The notes under the pieces were generated by a model. The model ran no database searches, was not told the DNA's origin, and worked only from the letters and a program-made list of their open reading frames with translations. DNA of 64,000 nucleotides from a bacterium (GTDB taxonomy: Bacteria > Actinomycetota > Acidimicrobiia > Spongiisociales > Spongiisociaceae): NCBI GenBank assembly GCA_028821265.1, contig JAPPGU010000008.1:108716-172715 (forward strand). Reading direction: 5' to 3'. Position numbers and translations under genes: made by a program. The number at the start of each line of letters is the position of its first letter. Position 1 is the first letter of the stretch. Positions 45,724 to 57,528 of the stretch are shown here, in pieces.

Positions 45724-47013
45724 ATGCGCAATCGCTGGTGGAAAGGAACACTCCTTCTAGCCATCCTGGCGATGTTGGCGGTCGCCTGCGGTGACGCCGA
45801 GGAGGAGGCGCCCACGACCACTCAGGCCCCCGCGACCACTCAGGCCCCGACCACGACGGCTGCCATGGTCGAAGAGGAACCCATGGTGGATCTGAGCGCT
45901 CCGCCTGACGAGCCCAAGGGCGGCGTGATCCGGATCGGCGCTACCCCGTCCTACGACGACCGTCTGTGGTCTTATGCCGCATCGATCGGCATGGACACGC
46001 GGATCGGCCTCGACCTGGAGATCATCCCATTCGTCAGCATCCCGTACACGCAGTTGCAGACCGACGAGATCGACATGCTGTTCTCGTGCCAGATCTGCTA
46101 CGGGACGATCATCGGCGAGTTCCCCGAGTACCGGAACTACCTGATCACCAACCAGTACCAGGGCTTCGTGCTCATCGGCAGGGCCGGCGAGACGGTGGTG
46201 TACGAGGAGGCGCTCGAGCGATTGGGCGACGAGGAGGCTGCCATGGCCGAACTCGCCGAGTCCATGCGGGGCAAGGAGTTCGTCAAGACCGAGGGATTCC
46301 CCACCACCTTCGAGCGTGGGCTACTGGAGAACATCGGCCTGACCTTCGACCCCGACGACACGGCAAACCAGGACGTGGTGTTCAAGTACTACCCGAGCAT
46401 GGAGGCGATGAACTTCGGCTACCTGAGCGGTGAAGCCGACTATTACACCGGCAACCTCTCCGCCCAGGCCAGGATGCTCTACTCCGAGGAACTGGCGGGC
46501 GAGTACGTGGTTGCGGCGCCGCTGGAGTTGTTCGGGGCCTCGGCGATCCTCTACTCGACCGAGGGCGTGCGGGCCGACTGGCTCGAGGAGAACCCCGAGA
46601 CGGTGCTCCGTTCCCTGGCCATCTGGTACCGGGCCTCGCGCTATCTCGACGCGTACCCCGAGATCGTGGGCGAATTCGTGGGCGAGGAAGCCAAGGACCA
46701 GACCGGCGGCACCAGCCTGGGCGCCTTCGTGACCTCCAGGATCATGACGGAACTCAACTACTTCCCGCTGCTCGATGATGCCAAGGACTACATGTTCACG
46801 CCGGGTGAGCTCACCTACTTCGGCAACGTGGTGGCCGACAGCTTCGCGTCCGGACGGGAGGAGGGCTACATCGCCGAGGGCGTTGACTGGCAGGACCACG
46901 AGGTCCAGGAAGTCTGGTTCAACCGCCTCCTCGAACGCGAGGATCTGGTCGCCTGGATCAACGCGCCGCTCGGAACCGGCGTAGGCCCCAACGGCGACGA
47001 GCCCCAGGGCTAA
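45724..47013 (+). CDS. ABC substrate-binding lipoprotein, SsuA/THI5-like (paralog of 4487-5842)
   Basis: LAVAC lipobox, TTTQAP repeats; shares SCxxC, GF.LIGRA and LAIWYR..RYL with the first SBP. Confidence 0.82.
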   Translation: MRNRWWKGTLLLAILAMLAVACGDAEEEAPTTTQAPATTQAPTTTAAMVEEEPMVDLSAPPDEPKGGVIRIGATPSYDDRLWSYAASIGMDTRIGLDLEIIPFVSIPYTQLQTDEIDMLFSCQICYGTIIGEFPEYRNYLITNQYQGFVLIGRAGETVVYEEALERLGDEEAAMAELAESMRGKEFVKTEGFPTTFERGLLENIGLTFDPDDTANQDVVFKYYPSMEAMNFGYLSGEADYYTGNLSAQARMLYSEELAGEYVVAAPLELFGASAILYSTEGVRADWLEENPETVLRSLAIWYRASRYLDAYPEIVGEFVGEEAKDQTGGTSLGAFVTSRIMTELNYFPLLDDAKDYMFTPGELTYFGNVVADSFASGREEGYIAEGVDWQDHEVQEVWFNRLLEREDLVAWINAPLGTGVGPNGDEPQG

Positions 47014-47037
47014 TCCCCTACAGCAACCGAGTTAACA

Positions 47038-47068
47038 GTGTGGCTCCCGGCCCGTCCGGGAGCCACAC
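47038..47068. terminator. Hairpin between convergent genes (likely bidirectional terminator)
   Basis: GTGTGGCTCCCGG-5 nt-CCGGGAGCCACAC, 13-bp stem flanked by GTTAAC on both sides. Confidence 0.7.
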
Positions 47069-47087
47069 CTCGTTAACCCGCCAGGCT

Positions 47088-48197
47088 TCAGTACCCGCGG
47101 GCGTCGACGGCCCAAACCTCCTCCACCACGCCGTTGCGGAGGCCGACGAGGTGGTCGTAGAGGTTGACGGTGGGGTCGCAGTTGACCGGTATCAGGCGGA
47201 CCTGTTGGCCGAGATCGGGTAGCGGACCGTCGGACGGCGCCAGAACCCCGTGCTCGTCGGCGAATCTCTTGTAGGTAGCTCCGCCACCCAGCACGACCGG
47301 AAGCCCGTTCCCCAATGAGATTGCCTTGAGGCCGGCGTCGACGATTGCTATGCCTGTACGGCGGCTCATCACGGTGGCCAGGACGTAGAGACTCACGTCG
47401 AAGTCCCGGAACGGCCCGCCGAACCGGTCCCGGTTGGCCAGGTAGTCGGCGTCCATGAACACGTAGGTGCCCGGCTGGATCTCGCTGTAGACCTTCGACG
47501 CCGCTTCGAGGTCATAGGTTCCCGTCCCACCGCCGCTGACCACTTCGCACCGGATGCCGTTACGGGCCAGCAGGTCGACCGATTCCTGCACCAGGGCGGT
47601 GTTGCGCTCGGTAGCGGCCCGGCGTGACGGATGGTCCCTGATGTGCTGGGCGACCCCGTTGTAGGCCTGCAACCCGACGAATCGCAAAGACGGAGTCGTC
47701 TGAACCCGCTGGGCCAGCTGCAGGAACGGTTCCCCCGGAGGCACCCCGGCCCGGTTTTCGGCGGTGTTCATCTCCACCATCACTCCGACGGACGACCCGG
47801 CCCGGCGAACGGTGCGTCCCAGGTCGTCGAGGTTGCCGGGGTCGTCCACGCACACGGTGACGGTGGCCTCACGCGCCAATCGAGCCAGGCGGCGGAGTTT
47901 CCCGGCGCCTACCACCTCGTTGGCTACGAAGACATCCCGGATGCCGCCCGCCACCATGGCCTCCGCCTCCGAGACCGTCTGCACGCAGACCCCGACCGCG
48001 CCTCGCTGCAGCTGCATCCGGGCGATCGTGACGCTCTTGTGGGTCTTGACATGCGGCCGGAGGGCAACATCGGCCGTTCGCGCCGCCTCGGCCATGCGAT
48101 CGAGATTGCGCTCGAGGGAGTCGAGATCCACCACCAGAGCCGGCGTGTCGAGGTCGGCCTCGCGCAGGCCGCGTGACGGCAGACCGGCTCGGGTCAT
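47088..48197 (-). CDS. DSD1/D-threonine-aldolase family PLP enzyme (fold type III)
   Basis: ATG at 48197; LDTPALVVD, RPHVKTHK, SGGGTGT, EIQPGTYVFMD, DEHG, CDPTVNL. Confidence 0.9.
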   Translation of the reverse strand: MTRAGLPSRGLREADLDTPALVVDLDSLERNLDRMAEAARTADVALRPHVKTHKSVTIARMQLQRGAVGVCVQTVSEAEAMVAGGIRDVFVANEVVGAGKLRRLARLAREATVTVCVDDPGNLDDLGRTVRRAGSSVGVMVEMNTAENRAGVPPGEPFLQLAQRVQTTPSLRFVGLQAYNGVAQHIRDHPSRRAATERNTALVQESVDLLARNGIRCEVVSGGGTGTYDLEAASKVYSEIQPGTYVFMDADYLANRDRFGGPFRDFDVSLYVLATVMSRRTGIAIVDAGLKAISLGNGLPVVLGGGATYKRFADEHGVLAPSDGPLPDLGQQVRLIPVNCDPTVNLYDHLVGLRNGVVEEVWAVDARGY

Positions 48198-48214
48198 CGG
48201 GCGCCCTCGGCTGA

Positions 48215-49105
48215 TCAGTCCTTCTCGACCCCGTACAGCTTGGCGGCGTTGCCGCCCAGGTAGGCATCGATGTCCTCGTCCGTCAACTCCGGCAACCCCG
48301 GAGCGATGTTCAGTTCCCGGGCCAGCCTCGGGAAGGACCGGGTGTACGGCACGTCCTCGCGGCAGTCGAAGTTGTCGGTACCCCACAGGCACTTGTCCAG
48401 CACCATGAAGTGCTTGGCGTATTTGAGGAACCGCACGTTGGTCTCGAGCGGCTGCAGGAACCCCCACCAGCCGGTGCCGGCGTACATGTTGGGGTTCTTC
48501 AGCATCATCATCACCACTTCCTCGTAGTAGTTCTCCCCGGCGTGCACCACGATCAGCTTCAACTCGGGGACGCGCACCGCCACGTCGTCCAGGAGGATGG
48601 GATGCTGGTCGGCGAGCCGGCCGAACCCGGACCATCCGGTATGGATCTGGATGATCATCCCAAGCTCGGCCGCCTTCTCGTAGATCGGCATGAGGCGCTC
48701 GTCGTTGAGGGGGATCCCGTAGCTCGGCGCGGGGGTCATCTTCATGCCGACGCCACCCATGGCGGTGATCTCCTCCATCTCCCGCAGGGATTTGACGCCG
48801 CCGAGCAGGTCGACGCTGCCCATCGGGATCAGGCGGTCGGGGAACTTGGCACACTCCGAAATCACCCATTCTGTCGGGACGTGGGTGTTGAGGCGGGGCA
48901 CCTTCACCGAGTGGCAGACAGCCATGTCGACCCCCGCCTCGTCCATGATCTCCACCATCTGCTCGGCGTTGATGCCCTTGGTGAGCCCGGTCTTCGTACC
49001 GAGACCCCGTGCTGCCCAACCCGCCTTGTACATGGCGTCGTCCATGATGTCCTGGTCGCCCCAGTGCTCCGGCTTCGACAGCCAGACATGCGTGTCGATG
49101 ATCAT
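48215..49105 (-). CDS. Amidohydrolase_2 family protein, copy B
   Basis: ATG at 49105; same length (296 aa) as 15119-16009 with long identical stretches. Confidence 0.87.
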   Translation of the reverse strand: MIIDTHVWLSKPEHWGDQDIMDDAMYKAGWAARGLGTKTGLTKGINAEQMVEIMDEAGVDMAVCHSVKVPRLNTHVPTEWVISECAKFPDRLIPMGSVDLLGGVKSLREMEEITAMGGVGMKMTPAPSYGIPLNDERLMPIYEKAAELGMIIQIHTGWSGFGRLADQHPILLDDVAVRVPELKLIVVHAGENYYEEVVMMMLKNPNMYAGTGWWGFLQPLETNVRFLKYAKHFMVLDKCLWGTDNFDCREDVPYTRSFPRLARELNIAPGLPELTDEDIDAYLGGNAAKLYGVEKD

Positions 49106-49270
49106 CCCGACCTCCCCATCCTCGCCTTGTGCGGTCTCCACCCCACCGTACACCCCTAGTGGACATCCTCGCCACCGCCGAAATGGGTCCCGGCTAGCGT
49201 TGGGCGCAGCGTGGAGCACGGCCGCGGGGCGGGCTTCGCCGATCGACCACCGTCCCGGAGGGAGGCAAGG

Positions 49271-50971
49271 ATGACCGCCATACAGGAGGTTCGGGCCGGG
49301 GTATCGGTCATGATCGACGTGATGGTCTCTATGCGGGACGGGGTCAACTTGTCGGCCGATGTTTACTTGCCGCCCGGCGACGGGCCCTTCCCAACCCTCC
49401 TGTGCCGCACGAAATACGGCAAGCAGAGCGGCGAGGTATGTACCGACCTGGCCTACTTGCAGGAATGGGTGCCCCGCTTCCTCGGAGGCGGATACGCGGC
49501 GGTGATGCAGGACTGCCGGGGACGTTACGACTCGGGTGGCGAATTCGTTCCCTACATCCACGAAGCTTCGGACGGGGCCGACACGCTGGCATGGCTGGCC
49601 TCCCAGCCCTGGTGCGACGGCAACATCGGTATGTTCGGGCAGTCCTACGTCGCCTTCACCCAACTGCAGGCGGCCCTGTCCGGCCACGCCTCGCTCAGGG
49701 GCATCCTGCCGGTAGGCAACCAGGAAGACAATTTCGGTTACTTCCTGATGGACGGCGGAGTCCTCCAGTTGCAGAATTTCGTGTGGGGTATCAATAGCGG
49801 TCGGCGGACCATGAACTGCACCAGCTTCGAATTCCTCGACGTGGAGGCGCTTTACCGTCACATGCCCCTAAGAGGAGCCGTGTCAGGCATCTTCCGGCCC
49901 GCGTACTGGGGATTTCTGGACCATCCCACCTTCGACGAGTCGTGGCAGACCTACGGATTGAAGGACAAGTACGGGATGATCGAGACGCCCGCCCACTTCG
50001 TGACCGGCTGGTACGACAACCTGTCACGCGAGGTCTTCAAGGCCTACGCCGGCCTCAAGCGAGGGGGAGGGTCTGAGGCGGCCCGTGACCTGACCCGGAT
50101 CATCATCGGCCCGTGGTCGCACGACCTCGACCGGGCCGACCGCAACGGCGACATCGACCTCGGGCCCGGCGTGCAGTTCGACCTCCCCGGCCTCCACCTC
50201 GATTGGTACGACCGCCGCCTGAAGGGTATCGACAACGGCGTGGACGGGGAGCCGCCGGTGAGGATCTACGTGATGGGCGACGCCGAATGGCGCAGCGAGA
50301 ACGAGTGGCCCTTAGCCCGCACCGACTACCGGCCCCTCTACCTGCACGGCGGAGGCGACGCCCGCTCGCTCTCCGGAAACGGAAGCGCGTCCTTCGACCC
50401 TCCCTCCGACGAACCGGCCGATCGCTTCGAGTACGACCCCGAGAACCCGGTTCCTACCCTCGGAGGATGCGACGTGATGCTCGACAACGCCGGGCCGAAG
50501 GACCGTTCCGAGCTGCAGGAGCGGACCGATGTCCTCGTGTACACCAGCAAACCGCTCGACGGCGATCTGGAGGTCACCGGCCCGGTCACGATGACCCTCT
50601 ACGCCGCCAGTTCGGCGCCCGACACCGACTTCACCGCCACCCTCTGCGACGTCCATCCGGACGGCCAGTCCATCATCGTGTGCGAGGGGATCCGCCGCGC
50701 CCGGTACCGCAACTCGGTCACCGACCCGGCGCTCATGGAACCGGGCACCCCCTATGAGTTCACCATCGACATGTGGCAGACCAGCCAGGTATTCAAGGCC
50801 GGTCACCGGCTCCGGGTGGAGGTTTCGAGCAGCAACTTCCCGCGCTTCGATCGCAACCCCAACATGGGTGGGGAACTCTGGAACGAGACCTCGATGCAAT
50901 CCGCCACCCAGACGGTGTTCCACGACCGGGATCGGCCCAGCCACGTGCTCCTACCTGTCATCCCCCGTTGA
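49271..50971 (+). CDS. CocE/NonD family serine hydrolase, copy B
   Basis: GGAGG RBS; GQSYVA nucleophile motif, GWYD, GPWSH, SSSNFPRFDRN, LPVIPR. Confidence 0.93.
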   Translation: MTAIQEVRAGVSVMIDVMVSMRDGVNLSADVYLPPGDGPFPTLLCRTKYGKQSGEVCTDLAYLQEWVPRFLGGGYAAVMQDCRGRYDSGGEFVPYIHEASDGADTLAWLASQPWCDGNIGMFGQSYVAFTQLQAALSGHASLRGILPVGNQEDNFGYFLMDGGVLQLQNFVWGINSGRRTMNCTSFEFLDVEALYRHMPLRGAVSGIFRPAYWGFLDHPTFDESWQTYGLKDKYGMIETPAHFVTGWYDNLSREVFKAYAGLKRGGGSEAARDLTRIIIGPWSHDLDRADRNGDIDLGPGVQFDLPGLHLDWYDRRLKGIDNGVDGEPPVRIYVMGDAEWRSENEWPLARTDYRPLYLHGGGDARSLSGNGSASFDPPSDEPADRFEYDPENPVPTLGGCDVMLDNAGPKDRSELQERTDVLVYTSKPLDGDLEVTGPVTMTLYAASSAPDTDFTATLCDVHPDGQSIIVCEGIRRARYRNSVTDPALMEPGTPYEFTIDMWQTSQVFKAGHRLRVEVSSSNFPRFDRNPNMGGELWNETSMQSATQTVFHDRDRPSHVLLPVIPR

Positions 50972-51426
50972 GGACCGCTCGTCTCACCCTATGGATGCTG
51001 GTAGCCGTCGTCCTGTCATCGGGGTGTCACAGCACGCCGACCGATGTCGAGCAGCAGGCGTCCACCACCGCCATCGAGGTCGAGGATCCGACCTCCACCA
51101 CCGCCAAGGTCGAGGAATGCTCCTGGTGTCCAGCGCCGGGCACTTCGGAGACCACGGTGGGGCAACCGGCATCCTCTTCGCCCGACCTGATGGAACGCCT
51201 GGCGTCCGAGGCCGCCGGTACTCCCTTCGCCGGCCTGACCGAGGACGAGGTTCGCTCGGACATCTCCGGTATCTGCGGCGCCGGTGAGGGCGGCGCCTCC
51301 CGCCGGGGCCCGGCCGCCGAGGCGGCCCGACTCCGGGCGGAGCGGCTGGGGGTGTCCGAATCGGCGCCCGGGGTAGCGTCCTACGGGCAGCTACTCGAAA
51401 CCGAAGCGGACCGGCGCTGCCCCTGA
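50968..51426 (+). CDS. Putative lipoprotein
   Basis: TTG overlapping the CocE stop; MRTARLTLWMLVAVVLSSGC signal/lipobox, Thr-rich region, CSWC. Confidence 0.55.
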   Translation: MRTARLTLWMLVAVVLSSGCHSTPTDVEQQASTTAIEVEDPTSTTAKVEECSWCPAPGTSETTVGQPASSSPDLMERLASEAAGTPFAGLTEDEVRSDISGICGAGEGGASRRGPAAEAARLRAERLGVSESAPGVASYGQLLETEADRRCP

Positions 51427-51482
51427 CCCTTTTGCAGAGACATTGCTGACAGCCCGAACCTAGGTGTGCCCACTCTACTTGT

Positions 51483-51509
51483 CATATGCATGATAAAGTA
51501 TGCATTATG
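51483..51509 (+). promoter_or_regulatory. Extended -10 promoter with an overlapping imperfect palindrome; probable leaderless transcript
   Basis: TG-A-TAAAGT (51491-99) 7 nt before ATG 51507, no RBS; CATATGCAT-N8-ATGCATTATG inverted repeat. Confidence 0.55.
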
Positions 51510-52103
51510 GACTTGACCCATCCGATCAGCGCAGTTGCGCCCGGTCTGACTGGCGCGGTGCTCGAAGTACTGGCCGGGGCCACCTACCCGCTCACGGGTC
51601 GGGCGGTGCAGAGACTCGTCTCGAGGCCTGCCAGCCAGGCAGGAGTCCAGAATGCCCTGAACAGGCTGGCGGATACCGGCCTGGTGAGCCAGACCGGAGC
51701 GGGTCGCGCCTTGTTGCACCGCTTGAACCGAGCCCACGCCCTGGCCCCCGCCATCCTCGAAGTGGTCGCGATGGGAGAGACGATACCGACCAGTATCTCC
51801 GAAGCGGTTCGGGCCCACGCCCCAGGCGCGTCTCGGGCCCTACTCTTCGGCTCCGTCGCGCGCCGCGAGGCGACATCCCGGAGTGACATCGACCTGCTGG
51901 TGGTCTGGCCGGATACCACCGAAGAGTCAGCCCGATGGTCGGCGGCCGCAGACATCGCGGTCGCCGTGACGCGACTGACCGGCAACCCCTGTACCCCGTT
52001 GGTCTACACCGAAGGGGAGTATGCCGGCCTGCCTGAACGGGCACCGGGGTTCGCGGCGTCTCTGGAGCGAGACGCCATCGACCTTCTCGCTCTTCGCGCT
52101 TGA
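51507..52103 (+). CDS. wHTH-fused minimal nucleotidyltransferase (MNT antitoxin)
   Basis: N-terminal helix-turn-helix-like region; LFGSVAR...SDIDLLV NTase motif. Confidence 0.88.
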   Translation: MDLTHPISAVAPGLTGAVLEVLAGATYPLTGRAVQRLVSRPASQAGVQNALNRLADTGLVSQTGAGRALLHRLNRAHALAPAILEVVAMGETIPTSISEAVRAHAPGASRALLFGSVARREATSRSDIDLLVVWPDTTEESARWSAAADIAVAVTRLTGNPCTPLVYTEGEYAGLPERAPGFAASLERDAIDLLALRA

Positions 52104-52504
52104 GACGGGGAACTGCCCGGCGGGCCGGCTGTAATGACGCCTACGCCGATGCGCGCCTGAACAAGGCCGAGGCGTTCGCGTTGGCCGCCGGTCTCGACCC
52201 CCTCTCGAATGACGGTCCTACCCGTTCGGTGGCGGTGAGCAACGCCGTCCTCGCCGGAATCGCCGCGGCTGATTCGATCACCTGCCGAACCCTCCGGCAA
52301 CGCTCGGCGAGCGGGAACCACGCAGATGCCATAGACCTGCTCAGGCAAGCCCCGGGCCAAGCCCAAGACACCGGCACCTACCTGATCGCACTAGTGAACG
52401 TGAAGAACAAGGCCCAGTCCGAGGATCGGAACCCGTCGGTGCCGGAGACGAAGCGGGCGCTGCGAGCGATGGAGTCACTCATACGGATCGCTCGCGCGAC
52501 CTGA
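52100..52504 (+). CDS. HEPN-domain protein (toxin of an MNT-HEPN pair)
   Basis: TTGA coupling to MNT; AGIAAAD..C, RSASGNH (Rx5H), KNKA. Confidence 0.72.
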   Translation: MRRGTARRAGCNDAYADARLNKAEAFALAAGLDPLSNDGPTRSVAVSNAVLAGIAAADSITCRTLRQRSASGNHADAIDLLRQAPGQAQDTGTYLIALVNVKNKAQSEDRNPSVPETKRALRAMESLIRIARAT

Positions 52505-52557
52505 CCTGACCCGGCCCGTGCCGGATGGATCGGCCGGGGGTAACTGCCCCTGACTTC

Positions 52558-56202
<3,645 letters not shown>

Positions 56203-56248
56203 CCGACCGGCCGCGGTCCGGGGTTAGTTGTCTCCGGCTCGATGACGC

Positions 56249-57325
56249 TCATCGAGCCGGGGCCGGAGTCAGAATGCGCCTGGGGTTCTCGACCAGCATA
56301 TTGTGGATCTGCGATTCGGTCACCCCCCGGGCGCGCAGCATCGGCACCGCCCATTCGAGCACCAGCGAGTAACCGGATCCGCCGTAGCGCTTCCAGAACA
56401 TCCGCATTCCCACATCCTGAGCCATCACGATCTGGCGGTCATAGCCCTCATGGCAGAGAACGGCGATGGCGTCGACCCGCTCGATGTCGCCGGGCATGCG
56501 GCATCCTCCCAGGAACGCGGGCAGGTTGAAGCCTTCGTACCCGAAGGTGTCGTAGGAGATGGTGATTCCCCGGTCCAGCAGTCTGCGGTGGTAGTCAAGG
56601 TGGTCGAGGCTGAGATCGCAATGACTCAGGTAGAAGCTCTCGAGGTCGGCCCCCTCCTGCTCGATCAGGTCCACGTATGCCTCCCCGACCGTGGCGATGC
56701 CGCCCCGGAGCGCATCGAATATCGAGGGATGGATGGTGAAACCCACCCCGGTCCTGATCTGCGCCCGGCAGGCCGCCCGGAGGACCTTCTCCTCCTCCGG
56801 GTGGTAGGGCAAAGGCTCCTCCGAGCAGGCACACTCTCCGATGGACCCGGCCCTGATCCCGGTGCCGTCTATCCCTTCCGTTATCTCGGTCACCATCAGC
56901 TCGGCCACCTGGTCGGTGGTCATCTTCGCCACCCAGGGAGGGTGCATCCCGTGCTTGTAGAAACCGGTGGTGGTGATGATGTTCACCCCGGTCGCCTCGG
57001 CGATCCGCCGCAAAGCCACCGGATCCCGGTTGAGGCCCACCCCCGTGTTGTCGACCACCGTCGTGCCTCCGTAGGCGGCGAAGTGCCCCAACTCCTCCGC
57101 GGCGATTCCCTCGTCATCGAGCGAACTGTTCTGCCGGTTGGGCGCCCCGCGCCGGAGAGCACTGAGGATGTCGATGGTGATCGGTAGATCCCAGTACGGG
57201 AAGTCGGAATGGTCCTCCCCGTCCGCGTCCGGATCAGGCCCGCTGGAGTACACATGCTCGTGAAGCAAAACGATGCCCAGATCGTCCGGGTGTATCGGTC
57301 CGGTAACCGTCTGGATCAAGTTCAT
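56249..57325 (-). CDS. Phosphotriesterase-family protein #5
   Basis: ATG at 57325; QTVTGP, HEH, IGE, IH, SH, QD, ENPRR. Confidence 0.9.
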   Translation of the reverse strand: MNLIQTVTGPIHPDDLGIVLLHEHVYSSGPDPDADGEDHSDFPYWDLPITIDILSALRRGAPNRQNSSLDDEGIAAEELGHFAAYGGTTVVDNTGVGLNRDPVALRRIAEATGVNIITTTGFYKHGMHPPWVAKMTTDQVAELMVTEITEGIDGTGIRAGSIGECACSEEPLPYHPEEEKVLRAACRAQIRTGVGFTIHPSIFDALRGGIATVGEAYVDLIEQEGADLESFYLSHCDLSLDHLDYHRRLLDRGITISYDTFGYEGFNLPAFLGGCRMPGDIERVDAIAVLCHEGYDRQIVMAQDVGMRMFWKRYGGSGYSLVLEWAVPMLRARGVTESQIHNMLVENPRRILTPAPAR

Positions 57326-57528
57326 ACGCCCGAGCCTTTGTGGTCCAGCCCTGATCTTATCGTTCGGCGCACCTCGCAGCGTGCGGTCCGGTCCTCGTCG
57401 ACCGGCTCGACCACACGGCGGAAACCAGTTGAAGGGCCATATGACCTGGGCTAACCTCGACGACGGGTACCGGATTCCCATGTTGAGTTCATCGACCAGG
57501 AATCGTGATCGGGCGGGAGGAGAGCGCC

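Noticed and set aside
47088-49175. 695 aa ORF suggesting a large fusion protein
   Set aside because: The first 326 codons are an Arg/Gly-rich alternative frame over the amidohydrolase gene; the real DSD1-like gene starts at ATG 48197.
48215-49861. 548 aa amidohydrolase with a long N-terminal extension
   Set aside because: The extension is antisense to the CocE gene; the paralog at 15119 fixes the start at 49105.
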